Shown here: piece by piece, positions 1 through 7,532 of the stretch
Layout of the letters: every line of letters starts with the position of its first letter
How positions within the stretch are numbered: position 1 is the stretch's first letter
Virus genome (UHGV): UHGV-0341991
From: a virus
DNA: 16,473 nt
Direction: 5' to 3' (one strand)
The notes under the pieces: generated by a model
Database searches by the model: none
What the model was told of the DNA's origin: nothing
What the model saw: the letters and a program-made list of their open reading frames with translations, nothing else
Made by a program: the position numbers and the translations under genes

Positions 1-1
1 A

Positions 2-55
2 ATCCCCATACGCGGGGCAATTTCAGGGGTCAGCAGTGCTCTCACGGTCACCTCA
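2..55. repeat. Direct repeat copy 1 (54 bp); 53/54 identical to 436..489; may extend left of the window
   Basis: Read directly: atccccatacgcggggcaatttcaggggtcagCagtgctctcacggtcacctca here versus the same with T at the capitalised position at 436..489. Sequence 3' of it (56..124) is a degenerate in-frame match to the C-terminal codons of the KilA-N gene (..FNIVC* vs ..LDTVH*). Confidence 0.85.
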
Positions 56-134
56 GCAAACGATATTGAATGCATACAGAGAAAAAAACTCAGTCATCAC
101 GCAGTAAACTCCTTCACCAGTATTTCAAACTGGC

Positions 135-430
135 TGTTCAGGCCCGGTTCAGAGCTGATGCCCCTGTTTATGCAGGGGCGTGTCCTGCTGGAGCCTGAGC
201 CGGAACGTTATTCATCTTTCGCCAGCGGTGCCGTTCCGGCGGCACGCCACCAGCACGACGGATCACTGCCTCATTGCGGAACACGGCCCGAACGGCAGGA
301 TCATCCGCCAGCGGTTGTGATGCCGCCGGAACGGCACCGCTGGCGAAAGATGAATAACGTTCCGGCTCAGGCTCCAGCAGAACACGCCCCTGCATAAACA
401 GGGGCATCAGCTCTGAACCTGGCCTGAACA
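135..430. repeat. Large near-perfect inverted repeat: arms 135..244 and 321..430 (110 bp each, 2 mismatches), 76-bp spacer
   Basis: The reverse complement of 321..430 equals 135..244 except at positions 145 and 185. The two ORF-track entries 158..397(+) and 168..485(-) share the peptide MPLFMQGRVLLEPEPERYSSFASGAVPA, as expected for mirror-image artefacts of a palindrome. Confidence 0.9.
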
Positions 431-435
431 ATACG

Positions 436-489
436 ATCCCCATACGCGGGGCAATTTCAGGGGTCAGTAGTGCTCTCACGGTCACCTCA
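436..489. repeat. Direct repeat copy 2 (54 bp), forming the 3' flank and stop codon of the KilA-N gene
   Basis: 53/54 identity with 2..55; ends exactly at the TGA (revcomp of 487..489) of the 487..1296 CDS. Confidence 0.85.
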
Positions 490-1296
490 ATGAACGGTAT
501 CGAGCAGCTTTAACAGCTCAGGGAACCGGGATTCGAAGAAATGCGGCTGCGTCTCGCGCGGATTTGCAGGACTGGTGATGTTCTTGCCGAACATGCAGCC
601 TTTCGCCGTCAGCGACCAGAATTTTTTGATGTTGTTAATCGCGGTACGGCTGTATCGTTCGCGTTGTTCAACGATCCCCAGCTTCACCATCTGGTGATAT
701 GCCTGATTAGCCGTCAGGCGGATACCATACTGCTTCAGCAGTGCACTCAGCGACAGCGTGGGGCGACTTGAGCCATCAGGCGCGTCAGCAGGAGCATCAA
801 TGGCATAGCGCGGTGCCAGATTCGGTAAGCCAACAGCCTCCTGAAGCTTCTGACAGGCTCCAAGCACTGATGAGTTAGACAGATTTAATTCCCGGCGCAT
901 AAAGTCCAGCAGGATCACGCCAGCCTGCATCTTGTCAGCAGCCTGTCCGGATAATTTTTCCGGTGCGCTGGTTACCATGTCGAAAGTACGGATCACCTTC
1001 AGATGGAATGACGGGCTGATCCACATTGCATAGGCATACACCAGTTCTTTGCAGACATACGTCCCCTGGTTATTTCCGCCATTAATGACGCTAACTGGTT
1101 GATTTTGTTCCAGAGGCGGAATTCCACCCTCGGTGAAAAGTTGTTCAATCAATTCACAGGTTTGCTTATTGGAGAGCCAGTATTTCGGGCGGTTTTTTTG
1201 TTCTCCCCCGGCAGCCCTGTGCAGATCGTTCAGGCTGTAACGCCCATAAGCATCACGACGAACTTCAATACCATCAATGACCATCAGATTATTCAT
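487..1296 (-). CDS. Phage antirepressor-like protein, N-terminal KilA-N domain with ANT/KilA-C-like C-terminus
   Basis: N-terminal IDGIEVRRDAYGRYSLNDLHRAAGG..RPKYWL matches the KilA-N DNA-binding pattern from memory. Start set at ATG 1296 (MNNLMVIDG) because AGGAGA lies about 9 nt upstream; the track ORF extends to 1329 in frame. Confidence 0.7.
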   Translation of the reverse strand: MNNLMVIDGIEVRRDAYGRYSLNDLHRAAGGEQKNRPKYWLSNKQTCELIEQLFTEGGIPPLEQNQPVSVINGGNNQGTYVCKELVYAYAMWISPSFHLKVIRTFDMVTSAPEKLSGQAADKMQAGVILLDFMRRELNLSNSSVLGACQKLQEAVGLPNLAPRYAIDAPADAPDGSSRPTLSLSALLKQYGIRLTANQAYHQMVKLGIVEQRERYSRTAINNIKKFWSLTAKGCMFGKNITSPANPRETQPHFFESRFPELLKLLDTVH

Positions 1297-1315
1297 ACTT
1301 CGTTTCTCCTCTTGA

Positions 1316-1705
1316 TCAGGCGGCTGCACCCGCCGTTTTCTCGTACTTACTGATGGTGATCTCGACCTTCCCTTTCGGGATAACCGGTCCCCACTCCACC
1401 AGCATTCTTTTCACCTGTCTGTCGTCTTCCCACACACCCGCGTGGGTCAACGCGTCAAACAGCGCCTTGTTATAGTTGTCCAGATCGCGGATCCGGTTAT
1501 CCGGAGGAAACAACACGATCTCCACTGCAGCAGGTGCCGACGTTGGTTTTGGCAGACGACGTAACTGCTCAACTATTGCTGCGCACGCCGCGCTCTGAAA
1601 TTTTCGCCCCGCCGCGCTTATCAGGCTCTTACCAGCAAATGCCCCTTTGTTGGGGTGTCGCCAGTACGTGTTCACGCTGGGCGGGAAAGGCAGGATCAGC
1701 TTCAT
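1316..1705 (-). CDS. rusA: RusA-family Holliday junction resolvase (crossover junction endodeoxyribonuclease)
   Basis: MKLILPFPPSVNTYW.. and ..RDLDNYNKALFDALTHAGVWEDDRQV match the conserved RusA motifs (LP-PPS-N-Y; DLDN; DD-QV). Start overlaps the upstream stop (ATGA at 1702..1705). Confidence 0.85.
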   Translation of the reverse strand: MKLILPFPPSVNTYWRHPNKGAFAGKSLISAAGRKFQSAACAAIVEQLRRLPKPTSAPAAVEIVLFPPDNRIRDLDNYNKALFDALTHAGVWEDDRQVKRMLVEWGPVIPKGKVEITISKYEKTAGAAA

Positions 1706-2028
1706 ACTTTCAGGCCTCTCTCATGTAACCAGTGGGTTGCACGCAGCCTGGCGTTTTCCTCACCGGCAAGCAGTGAGCGGATAATCCCGACCGCCTCGCT
1801 GTCGTCGTCCTTCACCGCGGTATGAAGAGTGATACCCCGGGCCACGCCACGCTTTATCGTGATGACGCCTTTTTTCTCCAGTGCGCGAAGATGTTCCACC
1901 GCTGCATTCACTGAACGGTATCCCAGCATGGTTGCCACCTCCTGATTGGTTGGCGGGAAGCCACGTTCTTTCTGGTAAGAAATCAGCATATCCAGCACCT
2001 GCTGCTGGCATTGAGTTAACGTCGTCAT
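1702..2028 (-). CDS. LexA N-terminal (winged-helix DNA-binding) domain protein lacking the S24 peptidase domain
   Basis: QQQVLDMLISYQKERGFPPTNQEVATMLGYRSVNAAVEHLRALEKKGVITI parallels the LexA N-terminus ([46 protein letters not shown]). Only 108 aa, so no catalytic domain. ATGA overlaps at both ends. Confidence 0.65.
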   Translation of the reverse strand: MTTLTQCQQQVLDMLISYQKERGFPPTNQEVATMLGYRSVNAAVEHLRALEKKGVITIKRGVARGITLHTAVKDDDSEAVGIIRSLLAGEENARLRATHWLHERGLKV

Positions 2029-2678
2029 GCCGCCATCTCCCTGACCAGTTTTTCCGCCTGCTGGCGAACCTGCGCCAGAAACGCCTCACCACATGCCTCA
2101 AGTTCATCACGCCCGATGTAGCTGATTGCCGGTCCCTTCCAGGTCTTGTCGAAAACAGCAATAGCACCAGCGAAGAAAGCGCCTGTCGGCACCTGCTTCT
2201 CGTCCTTCGGTATAAACCAGGCAGGCAGTTCAAAACCAATACGCCCGCGAATAAAAGCAATATGATCTGCATCTTCCGGCCACCACACTTCGCTGGTGGC
2301 CGCTTTGATCAGGAAAACATAGCGCCCGCCCTTATCACGCATGACACTGGCATGTTTCATGATGTAACGCATGCCGGTGATGTATTGCCCCTCATGCTGA
2401 CTGGCGCGGCTGTATGGGGGATTACCAAAGGCAGCACCTTTAAGCTCCGCAAGACGTTCTGACCAGTCATGCGCCAGCGCGTTATCTTCCGCCGTGTAAT
2501 ACGCGGCACATTTGGCGTTATCACCGTCAGTAAACAGATCCAGAACAAACGGGCCAAACAGGGTGTTAATTCCCCAGAAAATGTTGTCCGGCGTGCGCCA
2601 CTGATCGCCCACTTCCTTCAGTTCATGGGCTGGTTTGTTCCGCAGTTCCACCAGCGCCTGGCAATATTTATTACTCAT
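2025..2678 (-). CDS. Phage Dam-like DNA N6-adenine methyltransferase (orphan MTase)
   Basis: FGNPPYS is the (D/N)PP(Y/F) catalytic motif, and the overall pattern fits the phage Dam family. Start chosen at ATG 2678 (MSNKYCQAL), overlapping the upstream TAA as TAATG; an in-frame alternative start exists at 2711. Confidence 0.8.
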   Translation of the reverse strand: MSNKYCQALVELRNKPAHELKEVGDQWRTPDNIFWGINTLFGPFVLDLFTDGDNAKCAAYYTAEDNALAHDWSERLAELKGAAFGNPPYSRASQHEGQYITGMRYIMKHASVMRDKGGRYVFLIKAATSEVWWPEDADHIAFIRGRIGFELPAWFIPKDEKQVPTGAFFAGAIAVFDKTWKGPAISYIGRDELEACGEAFLAQVRQQAEKLVREMAA

Positions 2679-3172
2679 TAAGCCCCCACGTAATTCCCTG
2701 ACAGATACCACTCTTCACCCGATGCAGCGCGCTTGCTGCTTTTCCGTAAGCACCGCTCACGACGCGCCAGAAAATTGTTTCGTTCTGGCTGGGAGTGGCT
2801 TTCACGGAATGCCGCCATCCACACGGTTGCAGCACGACGGTATAAGCCCCTGGACTCCAGTTCTTCAGCCTGGCGGGTCAGGCACAAAATCACCCGTGGA
2901 TCGTTAGTGCCGACATAGAAATTGCGCACAGGTCTGGTTTCTCGAACTGGTTGTGGTTCCGGTTCCTGCGCTCTCTCAGTCAGGCGCGGGAAATGTCTGC
3001 GTGTATCTCCTTCACAACGGTGAGCCACACGCCCACTCTGACGTAACTTGCTTGCTGACTGCAGAACGCGCTGCCGTGAGTAACCTGCAAAAGCATCCGC
3101 AATGTCTCCGGAAGTACACCCCGGATGGGCTTCAATGAATTTCTGAACTTCATTCAAAAGACTCATGATCAC
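2678..3172 (-). CDS. PerC/ANR-family-like transcriptional regulator (yfdN-like, 164 aa)
   Basis: C-terminal AEELESRGLYRRAATVWMAAF..RRERC resembles the PerC/ANR motif (LE-RGLWRRAA-RW...C), recalled from memory. The 164-aa length equals that recalled for K-12 YfdN. Start is GTG 3172 or ATG 3166; overlaps the upstream TGA. Confidence 0.5.
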   Translation of the reverse strand: MIMSLLNEVQKFIEAHPGCTSGDIADAFAGYSRQRVLQSASKLRQSGRVAHRCEGDTRRHFPRLTERAQEPEPQPVRETRPVRNFYVGTNDPRVILCLTRQAEELESRGLYRRAATVWMAAFRESHSQPERNNFLARRERCLRKSSKRAASGEEWYLSGNYVGA

Positions 3173-3987
3173 CCCCTGAATCCTGCCGGGATCTGGCTGT
3201 AGTCCACGTTGTCGTAACTGGCTTTGAAGTACGGGTCCTCGCGTCTGGCTGCAGATACCGCAGGAACTTCCCAGGATTCTTCGAAATGACGATCCGGACC
3301 AAAGAACGTAACAGCCTGTTTCACAAATTGTGTGCCGCTGTTACCCATCGCAGATACCCAGCCCGCGTAGCGTTTCACACCTTCCAGCATGGTTTCGGGG
3401 TTTACCCCCTCATTCAAACGGGCTTTCCAGGCTTTGAAGGCTGCAGATTTTGAATTGCCACCAGCACGTTTGGGATATACCAGCCATGCCTGCTCAAACT
3501 CCGGAGAGTATTCCGGTCGGTTTGAACGAACTCGCACGGACTCATCAACTGATGCACCAACAGCTATTGGTTCATTGACTGGTTCTTTGACTGGTTCAAA
3601 AGAGTGACTGGTTCTGGGTGAATCTCCTGCACTACCCCCTGGTGCAACTCCTGCACTACCTGGTGAATTTGCTGCACCAGATAGTGAATTATTTGCACTA
3701 CCCCCTAGTGAATCTCCTGCACCATCCAGATGAAGGAGATAGATATTACTTGAGTTACCTTTTTCACCTTTCCGGGTGACTTTTTTTACCAGCCCGGACT
3801 CACAAAGGGCCGCAATATGATTCATCACAGAACGTTTGCTAATCTCGCACTGGTCAGCAATATGCTGGTAGCTGGGCCAGCACTCCCCCTGATCGCTGGC
3901 ATTATCAGCCAGCTTGATCAGAACCAGTTTTCGCAATGGATTACCCACTCGAATTTTCATCGCTTTAACCATCAGCTCCATACTCAT
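3169..3987 (-). CDS. Replication initiation protein: N-terminal HTH, Gly/Ser/Ala-rich linker encoded by iterons, C-terminal DnaT-like domain (yfdO-like, intact)
   Basis: N-terminal KLVLIKLADNASDQGECWPSYQHIADQCEISKRSVMNHIAALCESGLV is an HTH of the phage replication-protein type. C-terminal YPKRAGGNSKSAAFKAWKARL..GTQFVKQAVTFF resembles the DnaT-like ssDNA-binding domain. Tandem DNA repeats lie inside the gene. Confidence 0.75.
   Translation of the reverse strand: MSMELMVKAMKIRVGNPLRKLVLIKLADNASDQGECWPSYQHIADQCEISKRSVMNHIAALCESGLVKKVTRKGEKGNSSNIYLLHLDGAGDSLGGSANNSLSGAANSPGSAGVAPGGSAGDSPRTSHSFEPVKEPVNEPIAVGASVDESVRVRSNRPEYSPEFEQAWLVYPKRAGGNSKSAAFKAWKARLNEGVNPETMLEGVKRYAGWVSAMGNSGTQFVKQAVTFFGPDRHFEESWEVPAVSAARREDPYFKASYDNVDYSQIPAGFRG
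3575..3730. repeat. Iteron-like tandem repeats inside the initiator gene: 3 copies of (t/g)tgactggttc at 3575..3614 and 5 copies of a 21-24 bp unit GTGAAT..TGCAC.A.CCCCT at 3618..3730; candidate origin
   Basis: Read directly; unit starts at 3618, 3642, 3663, 3684 and 3708. A moderately AT-rich stretch follows at 3731..3790. Lambda's origin has the same layout (iterons inside the O gene). Confidence 0.6.
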
Positions 3988-4208
3988 GCAGCACCTCCGA
4001 GATGCTTCATGTTTTTTCCGGAGCGAAAGGCTATAAGCGGCATACTGACGCGGTAACTACGGCCCAGCGGTTCACAAATCACCTTCTGACATTCACGGTC
4101 AACCAGGCTAACACGTAGAACATGCCCTGCAGGTGTGGTGTACCACTGACCCGGACGAGGACAACGGAAAGTCTGATTGGTAAACCGTTTGAAAATATTC
4201 CGGATCAT
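3984..4208 (-). CDS. Small basic hypothetical protein (74 aa)
   Basis: ORF with ATGA overlaps at both ends (3984..3987 and 4205..4208). No recognisable motif; Arg-rich and Asp-poor, so coding status is uncertain. Confidence 0.4.
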   Translation of the reverse strand: MIRNIFKRFTNQTFRCPRPGQWYTTPAGHVLRVSLVDRECQKVICEPLGRSYRVSMPLIAFRSGKNMKHLGGAA

Positions 4209-4750
4209 TTGCGCCCCCTTACCTCTGAAGGGTTCAGCGACAAATTTATGAGGCAGGCCAGTGCCGAAGCATCATTAATATAGTCATACAAGCTAACAGC
4301 CAGCGGAGATTCGGCTTTTGCCAACATAGGATAAAGCTGCTGCAGCCAGACCTGATGAATTGATGAAATGTAGGAATAGAGAACGCTGGCGTTATGTGCA
4401 ACGTCGCTCAGTACAGAGGGATTTGAAAGCTGTTTCTCCATCTGGTTAAAGGCATTGATGTATGCCTCTTTGAACTGGGCAGCACGTTTACCCGTGAAAC
4501 CCATAGCAAGAAACGCAAAGCCGTCGCGGGTTATTTGATAGCAAGGTAGTTTGCGGCCTGTGCAATCGGTGTAATCACTCGCCGAAAAATTGCGGGAAGT
4601 GAATGATGCAGAGCATTCAAGCGTGCGGATCTTTTTCAGTACATCGTCATGACGTTTGGAGAAGAAGTTGGCAACAGCCAGGGATGAAGTAACAGCCTGA
4701 CCATCAACGATGGCAATTTCAGGTTGAGTGAGGGTTGGGATCGTAGCCAT
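4205..4750 (-). CDS. Rha-family phage regulatory protein (181-aa form; the in-frame open frame continues upstream to 5356)
   Basis: MATIPTLTQPEIAIVDGQAVTSSLAVANFFSKRHDDVLKKIRTLE is the typical N-terminus of Rha-family proteins. ATG at 4750 is preceded by AAAGAGG. The 202 upstream codons (4751..5356) have no stop but only about 1% Asp, and contain a terminator-like hairpin. Confidence 0.6.
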   Translation of the reverse strand: MATIPTLTQPEIAIVDGQAVTSSLAVANFFSKRHDDVLKKIRTLECSASFTSRNFSASDYTDCTGRKLPCYQITRDGFAFLAMGFTGKRAAQFKEAYINAFNQMEKQLSNPSVLSDVAHNASVLYSYISSIHQVWLQQLYPMLAKAESPLAVSLYDYINDASALACLINLSLNPSEVRGRK

Positions 4751-4916
4751 GATGGCAGCCTCTTTGGTGATTTTTAATAACTCACCACCAAGGCTTTCCA
4801 CGACCTTATTGGTGGTGAGACGTACAGGGGTGGAAATACCGGTCACCAAAGAACCCGGCCCAACCGAAGTTGGCCCTGCACGCCCCACCATAATTTGGGC
4901 GTAATGCTGCTCATTA

Positions 4917-4941
4917 CACAAAAAAACCGCAAGAGCGCGGT
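4917..4941 (-). terminator. Candidate intrinsic terminator or attenuator inside the open frame upstream of Rha
   Basis: Minus strand reads aaccgc-gctctt-gcggtt followed by a 5-7 U tract (stem 4924..4929 with 4936..4941). The loop contains CGCTCTT. Confidence 0.35.
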
Positions 4942-5352
4942 TGTGCGCTTTGGTGAATTCCGAGTTTCCACGCCCGGCACCCGCTTTATAAGGTGCCTGA
5001 ACAGTGTAACGTCCCGGAATGGCAGAATCAATGTGCTGGTGGTCCTTCACACTCAACAAAATCACGCCTGAATTTCCACAAAGGACTAAAGCACTCATGC
5101 GGGTAGTCTTTGCGAAGATAGATAACGCGCTGTGTTTCTGGCTCCCAACGAATAACATGGACATAAAGCCCTCTTCCGTCACGAAACCAGCGGTTAAGTT
5201 CCTGCACAACTCGCCCCCCACAGTCAGGTAAAGTTCTCTGTGGTTACTTACAGCCAAGTGATTTGGTAATCTGCATTCATGCCGTAACAACAGGTGTTCA
5301 GCGACACTGACCACCAGCTGTTGCGACAAACGGTTATTTGCCGTTAAACTGT

Positions 5353-5904
5353 TCATGCGTTAGTTTCTCCACAGACACAAAACGCCACGACGCCCGGAGC
5401 TGCACACTCGCGGGCGTCACTCTTTTCTGGAGCGCAGAAGATTTTGTAGACCAGTGCTGCATGCTCCTGGAGCTTCGAAATTGACAGATACAACTCATCA
5501 TTAATTGCTGTCTGCTCGTGTGGCTCCACGACCCCATCTTCGATTGCCGAACGAATCTGCTTTGAGTAATTCCCGATCTGTTCGATGACTTCCAGCAGGC
5601 GCTGGTTTATATCGGCGTTCTCTACTTCCTCAATTTCAGGAAGCGATACGAACACCCCACCAGCAGACTGTGCGACAGCATCCGCAATGTAGTGAGTGCC
5701 AGCCGCGCGCTGTAAAACCATTGCCCATCCCAGCGGGAAAATCTGATCGCCATCTGCACGAAGGCGGTTGAATAAAGCGTTCTCTGTTACATCCAGCCAG
5801 TCAGCAGCTTCAGCGTAACCCCCAGGCAATGCCGCGATAGTTTTTCTGACAGCTTTCACGTACCACTCAGGTTGTTTTTCCACTTTCCAATGATGCTTAC
5901 CCAC
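5353..5904 (-). CDS. CII-position phage regulatory protein (183 aa), function unassigned
   Basis: Acidic, protein-like composition. GTG start at 5904 preceded by AGGAGG with a 6-nt spacer; overlaps the cro stop by 8 nt. Sits immediately downstream of cro, where lambdoid phages place cII-like regulators. Family assignment is a guess. Confidence 0.6.
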   Translation of the reverse strand: MGKHHWKVEKQPEWYVKAVRKTIAALPGGYAEAADWLDVTENALFNRLRADGDQIFPLGWAMVLQRAAGTHYIADAVAQSAGGVFVSLPEIEEVENADINQRLLEVIEQIGNYSKQIRSAIEDGVVEPHEQTAINDELYLSISKLQEHAALVYKIFCAPEKSDARECAAPGVVAFCVCGETNA

Positions 5905-6157
5905 GGCTTACCTCCTGTTCCTGTGGTTTAAACCCATTCTGGTTTTGGCTAGATTGAAAACGTGCCGGATAAAGAATCTGCATTTCGCTGATTTCACCCT
6001 TAAAAAAATTGGCCAGACGTTCTGCAAGATCGATAGATGGAATTTGTTCCAGTCTTTCAATACGACTCAGCGTCGCTGGATTGACCTGAACGCCCGCAGC
6101 AACATGCTGCAAAGTAAATCCGTGCGCCTTACGCACATTCCGTAATGGTGATTGCAT
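5897..6157 (-). CDS. Cro-like HTH (XRE-family) repressor
   Basis: KAHGFTLQHVAAGVQVNPATLSRIERLEQIPSIDLAERLANFF is a helix-turn-helix. Divergent from the CI-like gene; GGAGG lies 5 nt before ATG 6157. Confidence 0.75.
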   Translation of the reverse strand: MQSPLRNVRKAHGFTLQHVAAGVQVNPATLSRIERLEQIPSIDLAERLANFFKGEISEMQILYPARFQSSQNQNGFKPQEQEVSRG

Positions 6158-6254
6158 ATAACCTCCACATATTGCGTGATGAGCATATTATTTCACGCAA
6201 ATATTTTGCGCAAGTTGATTTGCTTAACGCGCAATAAAGAAATGTAATAAACGC
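6158..6254. promoter_or_regulatory. Divergent cro/cI promoter-operator region
   Basis: Repeated TTGC(R)/(Y)GCAA half-sites: TTGCGTGA-N13-TCACGCAA at 6172..6200, palindrome TTGCGCAA at 6206..6213, TTGCT-N5-CGCAA at 6220..6234. Leftward promoter candidate for cro: -35 TTGCGC (revcomp of 6208..6213), 17-nt spacer, -10 TAATAT (revcomp of 6185..6190). The cI ATG at 6255 has no obvious SD. Confidence 0.6.
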
Positions 6255-6947
6255 ATGAACATAGGAAATCGAGTCAGACAACTTCGCCAGGCGAAGAACA
6301 TGAAAATCGCCGATCTCGCTGAAGCAATAGGAGTGGATGCGGCGAATATCTCGCGCCTCGAAACAGGTAAGCAGAAACAATTCACTGAACAAGCCCTGAG
6401 TAATATTGCCAGGAGCTTAGGTGTTGATATTGCTGATCTCTTTACCTCAGACCTCAAAAGTAATACTGTATGTAAAAACAGTATTAGTGAGGATGTTGCG
6501 CAGGTGAAGGATGTATTCCGTATTGAAATGCTGGATGTCAGTGCCAGTGCGGGAAATGGCCTTATCCAGGGCGGTGATGTCATTGATGTGATTCATGCCA
6601 TTGAATACAGAACTGATAATGCTGTATCGATGTTTGGTGGACGACCAGCAAATCACATTAAAGTTATCAACGTTCGTGGGGACAGTATGTGTCCAACCAT
6701 TGAGCCAGGAGATCTCATCTTCGTTGATATCAGTATCAATCAGTTTGATGGGGATGGTATATATGTATTTGGTTTTGATGATAAAATTTACGTCAAACGA
6801 CTGCAAATGATACCTGATAAACTGCTGGTAATTTCTGATAATCAGATTTACCGCGAATGGGGAATTACCAGCGAAAACGAACACCGGTTTATGGTCTTTG
6901 GAAAGGTCTTAATCAGTCAGTCACAAACCCTTAAGCGACACAATTAA
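6255..6947 (+). CDS. CI-type prophage repressor: XRE HTH plus S24 (LexA-like) autopeptidase domain
   Basis: N-terminal HTH (MKIADLAEAIGVDAANISRLETGKQ). C-terminal VRGDSMCPTIEPGDLIFVD carries the Ser nucleophile motif and YVKRLQ the Lys general base, so RecA-stimulated autocleavage is expected. Confidence 0.85.
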   Translation: MNIGNRVRQLRQAKNMKIADLAEAIGVDAANISRLETGKQKQFTEQALSNIARSLGVDIADLFTSDLKSNTVCKNSISEDVAQVKDVFRIEMLDVSASAGNGLIQGGDVIDVIHAIEYRTDNAVSMFGGRPANHIKVINVRGDSMCPTIEPGDLIFVDISINQFDGDGIYVFGFDDKIYVKRLQMIPDKLLVISDNQIYREWGITSENEHRFMVFGKVLISQSQTLKRHN

Positions 6948-6968
6948 CCCCCTACCTCAACATCAATT

Positions 6969-6989
6969 AGCCACCAGAAGGTGGCTTTT
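6969..6989 (+). terminator. Intrinsic terminator downstream of the repressor gene
   Basis: agccacc-agaa-ggtggct followed by tttcatt. Confidence 0.55.
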
Positions 6990-7003
6990 CATTACTCACG
7001 CTA

Positions 7004-7041
7004 TTGCATATCTCGCAACAAAACACTTGCACATTACGCAA
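7004..7041. promoter_or_regulatory. Two operator-like 15-bp sites (TTGCA-N5-CGCAA at 7004..7018 and 7027..7041), candidate operator of the rightward early operon
   Basis: Same half-site family as the cro/cI intergenic sites; the two sites are centred 23 bp apart, immediately after the cI terminator. Confidence 0.5.
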
Positions 7042-7486
7042 TTTCATTTTATCTTTCTTTCCAGACCAACAAACAAGGTCCTAACAAAATTTGGTTGTAA
7101 CACGGCGTATGGCACATGCGTCGTTAGCGGTCTGGGGACGTTAAAGGGGACAATCCACTCCTTGCTCGAGCAGACAAACCAGGTAGCCGGAATGTGCAAG
7201 TCAATGAGGATGCTGATAAGACGCCTAACCAGCGTGGCGATTCGGTTTGACGCCTGGGAAGAGACCAGGGTGCAACGATGAGGGCATTTATGGAACCGCG
7301 ACAAAGTGTGGTGCCGTAACTGGCTAAGTGCTCTCAGCGTTGTGGTGAATGCGCAGGCTGATGCGCGAAAGACATTGCAGCTATTGCGGAAAAGAGCTGT
7401 TCGGCGGGGCAATTAAACGCCCGTGAGAGTCTGAAATAACCGCAAGCCGGAGATCAGCACCGGTCACCACAACAGCCACTGCTTTG

Positions 7487-7532
7487 GCGGTACCAGTTTG
7501 TACACTTGCTTCCGGCTGGTACCGCTCTTTTT
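7487..7532 (+). terminator. Terminator-like hairpin in the leader of the rightward operon, overlapping a boxA-like CGCTCTTTTTACAA
   Basis: gcggtaccag (7487..7496) pairs with ctggtaccgc (7516..7525), followed by tcttttt. CGCTCTTTTTACAA at 7523..7536 resembles rrn/lambda boxA (GCTCTTTAACAA). Confidence 0.45.

Noticed and set aside
158-485. Track ORFs 158..397(+) and 168..485(-)
   Set aside because: They are mirror-image read-throughs of the 110-bp-arm palindrome and share the same peptide; they are artefacts of the inverted repeat, not genes.
1760-2907. Track ORFs 1760..2272(-), 1881..2462(+), 2357..2557(-), 2469..2681(+), 2635..2907(+)
   Set aside because: They are alternative-frame or antisense overlaps of the LexA-like, Dam and yfdN-like genes, with Arg/Cys/Ser-rich junk composition and no RBS support.
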